Positions 1-8,380 of a DNA stretch of 44,139 nt are shown here, one piece after another. The position numbers were made by a program, and so were the translations under genes. Source of the DNA: Bulleidia sp. (GTDB lineage: Bacteria; Bacillota; Clostridia; Oscillospirales; CAG-272); contig CAVIBA010000001.1 in NCBI GenBank assembly GCA_963640785.1, positions 14,527-58,665 of the forward strand. The letters are read 5' to 3'. Each line of letters starts with the position of its first letter. Position 1 is the first letter of the stretch. A model generated the notes under the pieces. That model ran no database searches and was not told the DNA's origin. It worked only from the letters and a program-made list of their open reading frames with translations.

Positions 1-129
1 ATGAAGGACGTCACGCTCAAGCTGTACCCGGACGACCGCCACGAGATACTCAACGAGGTCGATCGCGACAAGGTCATGGCCGACATACTCGCGTGGCTCG
101 ACGCCCGCGTGCCGACTGCGGGGAAATAA
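1..129 (+). CDS. alpha/beta hydrolase (lysophospholipase/monoacylglycerol-lipase-like), C-terminal fragment; 5' end lies outside the window
   Basis: Frame 1 reads ..KLYPDDRHEILNEVDRDKVMADILAWLDARVPTAGK to TAA at 127-129. The YP-x-x-RHE-hL-NE tail carrying the catalytic His is typical of this family. Confidence 0.5.
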   Translation: MKDVTLKLYPDDRHEILNEVDRDKVMADILAWLDARVPTAGK

Positions 130-141
130 CCGGGGAGCGTT

Positions 142-591
142 ATGGTAGACAATATAAAAAAGACGACGGGCAAGATACTCGCGGTCGACTTTGGCGACAC
201 GCGCACCGGCCTTGCGGTCTCGGACAGCGGGCGTTTTCTCGCGTCGGGGTTGGGATACGTATCGCCGGGCGGCATCGTCAAGACTGCGGATGCAGTCGCT
301 GAGCGTGCGCGCGAGCTGGGCGTGACGGCGGTAGTCATCGGACTGCCTGTCAACATGAACGGCACCGAGGGTTCGCGCGCCGGGCGCTGCCGCGAGTTTG
401 CCGGGCTGCTTGCCGAGCGCCTGCCGGGCGTTGCGCTCGACATGGTCGACGAGCGCCTGACGACGGTCGAGGCCTCGCGTTATCTCAACGCGACCGACAC
501 GCGCGGCAAGAAGCGCAAGGGTGTCATCGACTCGCTGTCGGCGGAGATAATACTTCAGAACACTCTCGACCGTTTACGGAACGGGGTATAA
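142..591 (+). CDS. ruvX: Holliday junction resolvase-like RuvX/YqgF
   Basis: 149 aa. The N-terminal ILAVDFGDTRTGLAVSD motif and ~140-150 aa size are characteristic of YqgF/RuvX. Confidence 0.88.
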   Translation: MVDNIKKTTGKILAVDFGDTRTGLAVSDSGRFLASGLGYVSPGGIVKTADAVAERARELGVTAVVIGLPVNMNGTEGSRAGRCREFAGLLAERLPGVALDMVDERLTTVEASRYLNATDTRGKKRKGVIDSLSAEIILQNTLDRLRNGV

Positions 592-593
592 TC

Positions 594-685
594 ATTGAAT
601 TTGCGGTTGCCGCAGATATGGCCTGCGGGGGCTGCAAATTCAATTCAGTTAATCAGCACACAGGCATATGCCAATACGCCTCACC
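594..685. repeat. Family-2 palindromic intergenic element, copy 1 (inverted orientation relative to copies at 8021 and 30225)
   Basis: attgaatttgcggttgccgcagatatggcctgcgggggctgcaaattcaat is a nested hairpin. It is followed by caggcatatgccaatacgcctcac, the reverse complement of the gtgaggcgtattggcatatgcc module seen at 8021, 28326 and 30225. Confidence 0.7.
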
Positions 686-691
686 CATACA

Positions 692-730
692 AAAAACGCC
701 CCCGCAGGCTTCGTCTGCGGGGGCGTTTTG
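692..730. terminator. Bidirectional rho-independent terminator between convergent ruvX and the EEP gene
   Basis: aaaacgcccccgcag / gcttcgt / ctgcgggggcgtttt: a 15-bp perfect stem flanked by an A-run and a T-run. Confidence 0.75.
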
Positions 731-743
731 ATATTCTTCTCAA

Positions 744-1592
744 TCAGACTGAAAAATCAATGTACAGCGGATAGTGATCCGAAATTTTGTCAAACCACTC
801 GGGCGTCAGGCGGCGGAAATAGTTCACCGTCGTGCCCTCGCCGTTTTTAATCATGATGTGGTCGATGGCCTGACGGAAGAGTCCGGCGTCGCCGCGGGCG
901 TAGCCGTTCGAGCCGCAGGGGTGGTGTCCGCGCGTCTCGTCGCGGTCGCCGACGCTCAGGTCGTATACCTCCGTCCAGCCCTCGGCACGTGCGCGGTCAA
1001 GGCACAGGCTCTCAATCGACGCGTTGAAATCGCCCATCAGCACGCAGGGGCAATGGTATTTCGCGAACACCTCGTCCATGCGGGCGGACGCCTGGCCTAT
1101 CTGGTAGGCGCGCGCTTCGTTGGAGTGCGCCTGATAGTTCTTAGCGGACGGGTTGGAGGACTTCCACCACAGATGCGTCGTCATGAGCGCGAAGCGCTTG
1201 CCGGTCTCGCGATCCTCGAAAACGCCGAAGCAGTAGGACTTGGACTCGTGATTGTTAAAGCTGCCCTCAAAGCCGTCGATCTGCTCGGAATAGAGAAAAA
1301 ATCCCGATTCAAGCAGTTTCAGCTTGTCTGAACGGTAAACAATAGGCGTGTCGCCGCCAGATATGTAGGAATATCTCGCGGTCTTGCCGTCGCCGAGGTC
1401 GATGCATTGCAGCTCCGCCATCATGAGGTCGGCCATGTGCTCGGAGACCTCCTGAAGCCCCAGAACGTCAGGCATGACCTCCTTGTAAGCGTGGACAAGT
1501 CCGCCGACGCGAGCCTCGGCCGAGCAGTCGTCACCTATGTCGCGCCACTTGTTGGTATCGCATTTCCACTGGTTATTTGACATTAAGATCAT
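744..1592 (-). CDS. endonuclease/exonuclease/phosphatase (EEP) family protein
   Basis: The ORF track gives 744..1907. I place the start at ATG 1592 (MILMSNNQWKC..) because the upstream 105 aa are Pro/Arg/Ser junk overlapping the neighbouring gene. The internal LGLQEV motif and C-terminal SDHYPLYIDF are EEP hallmarks. Confidence 0.8.
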   Translation of the reverse strand: MILMSNNQWKCDTNKWRDIGDDCSAEARVGGLVHAYKEVMPDVLGLQEVSEHMADLMMAELQCIDLGDGKTARYSYISGGDTPIVYRSDKLKLLESGFFLYSEQIDGFEGSFNNHESKSYCFGVFEDRETGKRFALMTTHLWWKSSNPSAKNYQAHSNEARAYQIGQASARMDEVFAKYHCPCVLMGDFNASIESLCLDRARAEGWTEVYDLSVGDRDETRGHHPCGSNGYARGDAGLFRQAIDHIMIKNGEGTTVNYFRRLTPEWFDKISDHYPLYIDFSV

Positions 1593-1653
1593 CGTCTTGA
1601 ACCTCCCGATTGATATCGGCTTAATTATACCACGTCCGGCGCAAATATGCAAG

Positions 1654-2487
1654 TCATTTTGCCGGATTTGTGACGGTATAGGTCGCGGCGCGTCCGCGCT
1701 TGCCGTAAGGCGCGGCGAGTCCCATCGCGACGAACACCTTGAGTGCCGAATATACGTCCATGCCGCGAAGTCCTGCCGCCCGGCCGAACTCGGACGCCGT
1801 GAACCCGGACGGCAGCATGGCGGGAAAATGGGGGAGATAGTCGTCGGGCGCGTTGAAGTCGAGAATGTCGAGCAGCCGCGTCGGGATTTTCTCGTAGCGT
1901 ATGGCACCGTGGCGGCCGCGCTTGTTCTGAATGCGGAACTCCTCCATCTCGAGCATCATAGCCCGGATGTGCAGGCGCGGGTTGCCGAGAAACGGAAGCA
2001 GCGAATAGAGCTCGGCTACCATGTCGACCGCGCGCTCGTGCTTGGGCGAGCTCACCCGGCGGACGACGTGCGCGTCGACGGGCGAGAGGTAGGTCACGCG
2101 CTTTTTCGCTACGAGCGGGTGAATGACGGTGACGTTGTACCCTGTCTGACAGAGGTAAAACTCTATTTTGTCGCGCAGCGGGTAGAGCGAGCCGGTCTGT
2201 ATCTCGAATATGTCGTCCCCGCGGAGCACGTCTGCGACGAAGCCGCGCGCCCGCGCGCCGTCCTCCGGAACGGATGACTCGGGCGACTCGAGCTGCCCCG
2301 GCAATGCGGGCTGCCCCGGCAGCCCGAGTTTAATTTCGTGACAGCTTTTGTCCTCGCACACAAAGAATTTGAGCATTGTGTGCAGCTTTTTTTCTTTGAG
2401 CGTGCCGATGCCGTCGCGGTCGCGGTCGGCGAGCAGGACGTCGCGGCAGACGCGGTCAAAGTGCAGCTCGTCAGCGACTGTCATCAT
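1654..2487 (-). CDS. conserved hypothetical protein; possible PD-(D/E)xK-like nuclease core with C-terminal winged-helix-like region
   Basis: 277 aa. Its ATG overlaps the TGA of the upstream ABC gene (ATGA at 2484-2487). It contains GIGTLKEKKLHTMLK and ADVLRGDDIFEIQTGS (D..ExQ/K-like) motifs. The fold assignment is only pattern recognition. Confidence 0.55.
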   Translation of the reverse strand: MMTVADELHFDRVCRDVLLADRDRDGIGTLKEKKLHTMLKFFVCEDKSCHEIKLGLPGQPALPGQLESPESSVPEDGARARGFVADVLRGDDIFEIQTGSLYPLRDKIEFYLCQTGYNVTVIHPLVAKKRVTYLSPVDAHVVRRVSSPKHERAVDMVAELYSLLPFLGNPRLHIRAMMLEMEEFRIQNKRGRHGAIRYEKIPTRLLDILDFNAPDDYLPHFPAMLPSGFTASEFGRAAGLRGMDVYSALKVFVAMGLAAPYGKRGRAATYTVTNPAK

Positions 2488-4433
2488 GTCGCAATCCCCG
2501 CGAACTGGTTGCTGTACAGCTTGCTGTACTCGCCGCCGAGGGCGAGCAGCGTTTCGTGGTCGCCCGATTCGGCGACGACACCGTCCTTTATGACGACTAT
2601 CTTGTCCGCGTCGCGTATGGTAGACAGGCGGTGCGCGATTATAAGCGAGGTGCGGTTCTTCATGAGCGCGACCATGGCCTGCTGAATATGCATCTCGGTG
2701 CGCGTGTCGACGGACGACGTGGCCTCGTCAAGTATCAGTATCTTGGGGTCAGCGAGCACGGCGCGGGCAATCGATAGCAGCTGGCGCTGTCCCTGCGAGA
2801 GGTTGCTGCCAGACTCGGCGAGCTGCGTGTCGTAGCCGTCGGGCAGACGGTCGATGAAGGTGTCGGCGCGGGCGGTCGCGGCGGCGGCGCGCATCTGCTC
2901 ATCCGTCGCGTCGGAACGGCCGTACTTTATGTTCTGACGTATGCTGTCGCAGAAGAGCACGGTATCCTGAAGCACTATGGCAATGGCGTGGCGCAGGTCG
3001 TCCTTGGGCACGTCGCGGATGTCGACACCGTCGATGGTAATTCGGCCGCTGTCGACCTCATAGAAGCGCGTCAGGAGGTTGACGATGGTGGTCTTTCCCG
3101 AGCCGGTCGCACCGACGATGGCCACCTTCTGTCCTGCCTTCACGTCGAGGTTGAGTCCCTTGAGCACAGGCTCGCCGGGGACGTAGGAGAAGTGAATGTC
3201 GGAGAAGTCTATGTCGCCGCGCACGGAGGCAACGTCAAGAGCGCGGCGACCCTCGTCGATCTCGTCAGCGCTGTCCATTATCTCGAAAATGCGCTCGGCG
3301 CCCGCGAGAGCGGTGAGAATGTTGGCGTACTGGTTGGCGATTTCATTTATCGGGCGGGAAAATTTCTTGGAATATTGCAGCATCGCCTGAATGTTACCGA
3401 CGCTGATGGCGCGCATTCCGCTGGTGGGATTCAGCAGCAGATAGCCGCCGAACGCGGCGATGAGCAGGTACTGAAGGTTGCCGAGAATATTCATCAGCGG
3501 ACCCATAATGCCGCCCCAGACGCGCGCTTTGATGCTGACCTGACTGAATTCCTCGCTCGTCACGCCGAAATCGCGGACGGCCTCGGGCTCCTTGCCGTAT
3601 GCGACGACGGTCTTGTAGCCCGTCACCATCTCCTCGACCTGACCGTTGAGGCGGCCGAGCAGCTGCTGGCGGCGGACGTAGTGCCGACGCATGAATTTCG
3701 CGAGAGTGGACGATATTATTATCGTCAGCGGTATGGTCACACAGGCGACGATGGTCAGCAGCCAGCTGTAGTACAGCATCATGACCAGCGCGCCCACGAG
3801 CGTCAGCGCGCTTGAGAACAGCGAGGTGATGGACTGCGAGACGGCGTTCGAAACGTTCTCGACGTCGTTTGTCATGCGCGACATTATGTCGCCGTGGCGG
3901 TGCGTGTCGGTGTAGCTTATGGGCAGCTTGCTTATCTTGCGGAACAGGTCGCGGCGCATGGTGTAGACGGTCAGCTGCGACAGCTTGGCCGAGATGAGCC
4001 CCTGGAAGAAGGTCAGGACGGCGGTCACGACGAACACCACGGCCATTGTGATGAGGAAGAAGGCCAGTCCGTGCCGCTCCTCGGTGGTGACGACGCCGTT
4101 CTCGTCCGTGACGGTGACGGTGTAGTCGGAAAAATGGACAATAAGTCCGGTTTTGCTTGAATATTCGAAGGTGTCGATGGCGTTGCTCTGAAGCATGGGG
4201 CCGAGCAGCTCGAGCGCCGTGACGGTCAGCATTATCACAAGCATGGATATGAGCGCGACTCGGCTCTTGCCTATGTAGCGTATAAGTCTCGTAACGGTCT
4301 TGCCGGCGTTCTTGGGCTTCTCGGCCGCCATGCGGCCGCCCATGGGTCCGCCGGGGCCGCGTCCGGGACGCCCGCCCGGGCCCATGGTCATGCGGGGCGC
4401 GTTCTGCTCTCTTTTGGGAGGCTGATTATTCAT
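2484..4433 (-). CDS. ABC transporter ATP-binding/permease protein (type I exporter half-transporter, multidrug/lipid type)
   Basis: 649 aa with six predicted TM helices followed by an NBD. Motifs: Walker A GATGSGKTT, signature LSQGQRQ, Walker B ILILDEATS. A Gly/Pro-rich N-terminal extension is present. Confidence 0.9.
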   Translation of the reverse strand: MNNQPPKREQNAPRMTMGPGGRPGRGPGGPMGGRMAAEKPKNAGKTVTRLIRYIGKSRVALISMLVIMLTVTALELLGPMLQSNAIDTFEYSSKTGLIVHFSDYTVTVTDENGVVTTEERHGLAFFLITMAVVFVVTAVLTFFQGLISAKLSQLTVYTMRRDLFRKISKLPISYTDTHRHGDIMSRMTNDVENVSNAVSQSITSLFSSALTLVGALVMMLYYSWLLTIVACVTIPLTIIISSTLAKFMRRHYVRRQQLLGRLNGQVEEMVTGYKTVVAYGKEPEAVRDFGVTSEEFSQVSIKARVWGGIMGPLMNILGNLQYLLIAAFGGYLLLNPTSGMRAISVGNIQAMLQYSKKFSRPINEIANQYANILTALAGAERIFEIMDSADEIDEGRRALDVASVRGDIDFSDIHFSYVPGEPVLKGLNLDVKAGQKVAIVGATGSGKTTIVNLLTRFYEVDSGRITIDGVDIRDVPKDDLRHAIAIVLQDTVLFCDSIRQNIKYGRSDATDEQMRAAAATARADTFIDRLPDGYDTQLAESGSNLSQGQRQLLSIARAVLADPKILILDEATSSVDTRTEMHIQQAMVALMKNRTSLIIAHRLSTIRDADKIVVIKDGVVAESGDHETLLALGGEYSKLYSNQFAGIAT

Positions 4434-6249
4434 TTTCGCTTACCTCCTTTGCTTTTTCGCTGTTGCTTTGCATCTGTGAATCGTAAATATCGCGGTAGGC
4501 TGCGCTGATTTTCATGAGCTCGTCATGCGGAGCGCAGTCCTTTATGGTGCCGTTCTCGATGACGGCGATGCGGTCGGCGTTGCGCACGCTGGCGATACGC
4601 TGGGCTATCATTATAACAGTCGTACCGGCAAGGCGCGAGCGGAGTGCCGCCTGGAGCCGCGCCTCGGTCGAGAGGTCGAGGGCGGAGGTGGAGTCGTCAA
4701 GTATAAGTATCTCGGGCTTGCGCACCAGCGCACGCGCGATGGACATGCGCTGCTTCTGTCCGCCCGAGAGCGACGCGCCCTTCTCGGCGATGAAGGTATT
4801 GTAGCCCTCATTGAAGCCGTTTATGAAGCCGGACGCCTGCGCGACGTCGGCGGCGTCCTCGACCTCAGCGTCGGTGGCGTCGGGCTTGCCCCAGCGTATG
4901 TTGCCCGCGACGGTGTCCGAGAACAGCTCGCTCTTCTGCATGACAAAGCCCATGCGCTCGCGCAGACGGTGCACGTCCCATTCGCGGACGTCGAGCCCGT
5001 CGACGGTCACGCTGCCCTCGGTGGCGTCGTAAAAGCGCGGGATGAGGTTGACAAGCGAGGTCTTTCCGGCGCCTGTCGCGCCGATGACGGCGAGCACCTC
5101 GCCGCGGTGGACGTCAAGGTTGATGTCGTGCAGCACGGGGCGGCCGGTCGTGCCGGGGTAGCGGAAGCCGACGTTCCGGAAGGAAACGCAGACGTCCGCC
5201 GTGTCCCCCTCGCGCTCGCCCGAGCGTATGACGGGGGCGGATTCCAGCACCTCGACCACGCGGCGCGACGAAGCGCCCGCACGCGAGACGGACTGGAACA
5301 TCATCGTCACCATCATGACCGAGCTTAACACCTGCGTTATGTATGTAATCGCGGCCATGATGGAGCCGACGGACACCGTCGCGTCCGCGGCTCTGCCGCG
5401 CAGCCCGGCGATGAGAATGACGGCGATGACCGCGCCGTTCATTATAATGTTAAGTATGGGCGACATGACGGCGAATATGCGCAGAACACGGTAGTTTGTG
5501 TCGCGCAGTGCGCTGTTGGCTTTGTCGAAACGCTCGTTTTCGTATTCCTCGCGGACGTACGCCTTGACGACGCGCGCGCCGCCGACGTTCTCCTGCACAA
5601 CCGAGTTGACCTTGTCAAGCCGGGTCTGCACCTGCGAGAACAGCGGCGTGGCGCGCGAGAGCACCAGCACGAGCATGACTATGAGCACAGGCAGCGCGCA
5701 AAGCAGCACGGTGCCGAAGCCGAGGTCAAGCGTCAGCAGCATGATAGTGCCGCCGACAAAGAAAATGGGCGCGCGGACAAACATGCGTATGAGCATTTCG
5801 ACAAAGTCGGTGACAGTGGAAATGTCGTTTGTCATACGGGTGACGAGCGAGCCGGTGGTGAATTTGTCCGTCTGCTCGATGGACAGCGACATGACGCGGC
5901 CATAGGCGTCACAGCGCAGGTCGTGGCCGAAGCTCTGCGCGGCCTTGGCGGCAGTGAAGGCGCAGAATGTGCCGAAAAATCCGCCGATGACGACCAGAAG
6001 CATCATGGCCGCGCCGATGCAGATGATAATCTGCATCGAGGTATACGGCCCCTCCCCGCAGAAAAGGCGCATGAAGAACAGCGCGAGCGGTGAGTCGGCA
6101 ATGTCAGCCGAGCCGACGATGCCGCAGTCGACAATGACCGACATCAGCTTAGGCTGGAACAGATCCGCGACCACCTCGCCTATCATCATGAGCGGTGAGA
6201 GCAGCGCGAGATACCAGTAGGGACGAAGGTATTTTGCGAGTTTTTTCAT
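4426..6249 (-). CDS. ABC transporter ATP-binding/permease protein (partner half-transporter)
   Basis: 607 aa. Motifs: Walker A GATGAGKTS, signature LSGGQKQR, Walker B ILILDDSTS. An 8-nt overlap with the downstream partner indicates a heterodimeric exporter. Confidence 0.9.
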   Translation of the reverse strand: MKKLAKYLRPYWYLALLSPLMMIGEVVADLFQPKLMSVIVDCGIVGSADIADSPLALFFMRLFCGEGPYTSMQIIICIGAAMMLLVVIGGFFGTFCAFTAAKAAQSFGHDLRCDAYGRVMSLSIEQTDKFTTGSLVTRMTNDISTVTDFVEMLIRMFVRAPIFFVGGTIMLLTLDLGFGTVLLCALPVLIVMLVLVLSRATPLFSQVQTRLDKVNSVVQENVGGARVVKAYVREEYENERFDKANSALRDTNYRVLRIFAVMSPILNIIMNGAVIAVILIAGLRGRAADATVSVGSIMAAITYITQVLSSVMMVTMMFQSVSRAGASSRRVVEVLESAPVIRSGEREGDTADVCVSFRNVGFRYPGTTGRPVLHDINLDVHRGEVLAVIGATGAGKTSLVNLIPRFYDATEGSVTVDGLDVREWDVHRLRERMGFVMQKSELFSDTVAGNIRWGKPDATDAEVEDAADVAQASGFINGFNEGYNTFIAEKGASLSGGQKQRMSIARALVRKPEILILDDSTSALDLSTEARLQAALRSRLAGTTVIMIAQRIASVRNADRIAVIENGTIKDCAPHDELMKISAAYRDIYDSQMQSNSEKAKEVSENE

Positions 6250-6257
6250 GTGCGGGC

Positions 6258-6734
6258 TTATTCTCCTTCCAGACCGAGGTCTCTTGAAATGTTTTTGCGC
6301 ATACGGTTAAGCAGGGCGAGCAGCGTCTCGCTCTCCTCGGCGGTGAAGCCCTCCATGAGTATGTTGTCCGCCGCAACGGAGGCACGGTGCGAGGTCTCGA
6401 CCAGCTCGTGGCCGCGCTCTGTCAGGTGGACGCGCAGGGCGCGCATGTCGTCCTGATCAGGCACGCGCCGGACGTAGCCGAGCGACTCCAGCCGCTTGAC
6501 CGTGATACTGACCGTCGGCGTTGACAGATGGGTGCGACGCGCCAGTTCGAGCTGGGTGAGTCCGTCCTCAAAGGCGAGGTTCATCACAATGTGCCGGACG
6601 CTGAACTGCTGCATTTCGCTTTCGTTTTCGCGCATTTTCGCGGCGTACAGACGCGATATGTCGTGTATCACCATGGGCGGAGATTCCTTGATTCCGCAGG
6701 GCAGTTTCGGACGTGAAAACAGTTTTTTATCCAT
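6258..6734 (-). CDS. MarR family transcriptional regulator
   Basis: 158 aa with a winged-helix core (GLTQLELARRTHLSTPTVSITVKRLESLGYVRR..D.DDMRALRVHLTERG). It is the first gene of the exporter operon. A GAGGAG RBS lies upstream. Confidence 0.9.
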   Translation of the reverse strand: MDKKLFSRPKLPCGIKESPPMVIHDISRLYAAKMRENESEMQQFSVRHIVMNLAFEDGLTQLELARRTHLSTPTVSITVKRLESLGYVRRVPDQDDMRALRVHLTERGHELVETSHRASVAADNILMEGFTAEESETLLALLNRMRKNISRDLGLEGE

Positions 6735-6752
6735 TTTCTTTTACTCCTCGGA

Positions 6753-6780
6753 TTATAATTAGTTTGCTAACTAATTATAA
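6753..6780. promoter_or_regulatory. Perfect 12-4-12 palindrome, candidate MarR operator
   Basis: ttataattagtt-tgct-aactaattataa. The arms are exact reverse complements, 19 bp upstream of the marR start, and overlap the predicted -10. Confidence 0.7.
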
Positions 6781-6802
6781 TGCAAGGCTGCCGGTTTGTC
6801 AA
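6774..6802 (-). promoter_or_regulatory. Consensus sigma-A-type promoter for the marR-ABC operon
   Basis: Minus strand: TTGACA (6802-6797), 17 nt spacer, TATAAT (6779-6774). The -10 lies inside the palindrome. Confidence 0.65.
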
Positions 6803-6948
6803 TAGTTTTTTTGCGCTCCGCGGGCGTGTCGGGCAAAAAAATTGGTTTTGCGAAAATAAATTGTTACACATCAAACGCGCGCCGACGGTGCAAATTAGTA
6901 TTGAGCGCCTCTGCGGCGTCAATCACCGATAAGAAGGAAGCAATTCCC

Positions 6949-8016
6949 ATGAAAAATAAGATAAAACGTATTACCGCACTGCTTGCGGTCATCATTATAA
7001 TATTTACGCTGAGTCCCGCCGGGGGCAGTAAGTACGCCGCGGAGTGCCTTGCGGGCGGCACGTCGGTCGACACAAGAGAGCTGAAGTTGAGCCCCGGGGG
7101 CATGGCCTTCGGTGTGAAATTTCACACCGAAGGCGTGCTTGTCGTCGGCTTTTGCGACATAGAGACGGACGGCGGCAAGGTCAACCCTGCCTATGCGGCC
7201 GGGTTGCGGCTCAAGGACGTCATAACGGCGGTCAACGGCGTCACACTGAGCGGCAGCACGCAGCTGACGCAGATAATAGAGGAGTCGGGCGGCAGTCCGG
7301 TCGTGCTGACCTGTCGGCGCGACGGGCGCGAGCTCAAATTCACACTCTCGCCGGTGTTCTGCCGGTCGGAGAACCGGTACAAAACGGGCGTCTGGGTACG
7401 CGACAGCGGGGCCGGAATCGGAACGGTCACATTTATTATGCCCGAAACGGGCGCATTTGCGGGTCTCGGGCACGGAATATGCGACGGCGAGACGGGCGAG
7501 CTCATTCCCATGCAGCGCGGCTACGTCACGGGTGTGACGGTCAGCGGGCTGACTCGGGGCATTGCGGGCGATCCGGGTGAGATCAAGGGCTATTTCAGCT
7601 CGGGCAAATGCGGCACGCTTGTCGGCAACACGGAAAACGGGGTTTACGGTATCTTCTCGCAGCTGCCGGACGAGCCGCCCGAGAGCGCACTGCCTGTCGC
7701 GACGCGCGACGAGGTCAAGCCGGGCGCGGCCTATATCTGGTGCACGCTCGACACCAACAAGCCCTGCCGGTACAGCGTGGAGCTGTCTGCCATCGACGCG
7801 GGCAGTCGGACGAACAAGTGCTTCACGGTCACTGTGACCGACCCGGCGCTGCTCGAGCGGACAGGCGGCATCATCCAGGGCATGAGCGGCAGTCCCATCA
7901 TACAGAACGGCAAGCTGGTCGGCGCCGTGACCCACGTGCTGATAAACGACCCGACACGCGGCTACGGCATATTCGTGCAGAACATGATCGAGGCCATGCC
8001 GGAGCTGCTGCGGTAG
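6949..8016 (+). CDS. spoIVB: SpoIVB peptidase (stage IV sporulation signalling serine peptidase, S55)
   Basis: Start moved to ATG 6949 (MKNKIKRITALLAVIII, signal anchor) behind a GAAGGAAG RBS. It has a PDZ-like region and a C-terminal peptidase with GIIQGMSGSPIIQNGKLVGAVTHVL, typical of SpoIVB. Confidence 0.85.
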   Translation: MKNKIKRITALLAVIIIIFTLSPAGGSKYAAECLAGGTSVDTRELKLSPGGMAFGVKFHTEGVLVVGFCDIETDGGKVNPAYAAGLRLKDVITAVNGVTLSGSTQLTQIIEESGGSPVVLTCRRDGRELKFTLSPVFCRSENRYKTGVWVRDSGAGIGTVTFIMPETGAFAGLGHGICDGETGELIPMQRGYVTGVTVSGLTRGIAGDPGEIKGYFSSGKCGTLVGNTENGVYGIFSQLPDEPPESALPVATRDEVKPGAAYIWCTLDTNKPCRYSVELSAIDAGSRTNKCFTVTVTDPALLERTGGIIQGMSGSPIIQNGKLVGAVTHVLINDPTRGYGIFVQNMIEAMPELLR

Positions 8017-8020
8017 CGGT

Positions 8021-8060
8021 GTGAGAGGCGGGCTATTGCATATGCCTGTATGCTGATTGG
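8021..8060. repeat. Family-2 element, module A copy directly after the spoIVB stop
   Basis: gtgagaggcgggctattgcatatgcctgtatgctgatt matches gtgaggcgtattggcatatgcctgtgtgctgatt (reverse complement of 656-690) and 30225-30257. Confidence 0.6.
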
Positions 8061-8229
8061 TTAAGGCATCACCGCGCAATGTCCGAGCGACACACTTGCT
8101 TGCATCTTTTCCGTCATATTTCACAAAAATTCTTGCCTGTAGCGCTGCTACAGCCTGCGAACTTTTGTTTCATCTGACGAAAAATCTGACTGCGCAATTG
8201 CACCATCGGAATTACGCGGTGAAGCCTAA

Positions 8230-8380
8230 AATTGATTTGCGGTTCCCGCGGGTGAGGCCTGCGGGGGGCGTTTGTTTTGGCAGGAGGGAACCTGCGCCCC
8301 GGTTGGGGCTCTCCGGGCGACCCACCTTCATCAACAAACGGTTCCCGCAGGCCTCACCCGCGGGAACCGCAAAATCAATT
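8230..8380. repeat. Family-2 element, large inverted repeat (36/37-bp arms); probable terminator of the Opp-type operon
   Basis: The left arm aattgatttgcggttcccgcgggtgaggcctgcggg (8230-8265) pairs with cccgcaggcctcacccgcgggaaccgcaaaatcaatt (8344-8380) apart from a 1-nt indel. The pairing extends through cgtttgtt/aacaaacg. It abuts the stop codon of the 8380..8802 gene. Confidence 0.75.

Noticed and set aside
594-652. CRISPR-like appearance of the family-2 module (palindromic ~35-bp unit ending in attgaat)
   Set aside because: The copies are single or inverted pairs scattered 8-22 kb apart. They are not a regularly spaced direct-repeat array with spacers, and no cas genes are present.
6796-6948. 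Upstream TTG-initiated extension of spoIVB (ORF track start 6796)
   Set aside because: The extension has no RBS and overlaps the marR promoter/operator region. ATG 6949 has a strong GAAGGAAG RBS and opens directly with a signal-anchor sequence.
6919-8124. 401-aa ORF on the - strand, together with other long antisense ORFs (19934..21004, 26658..27776, 28872..29933, 35946..37061, 12358..13854, 25477..26493)
   Set aside because: All lie opposite genes with clear family motifs or better translation signals. All are Arg/Ala/Gly/Pro-rich and lack RBSs. They are artefacts of high GC.
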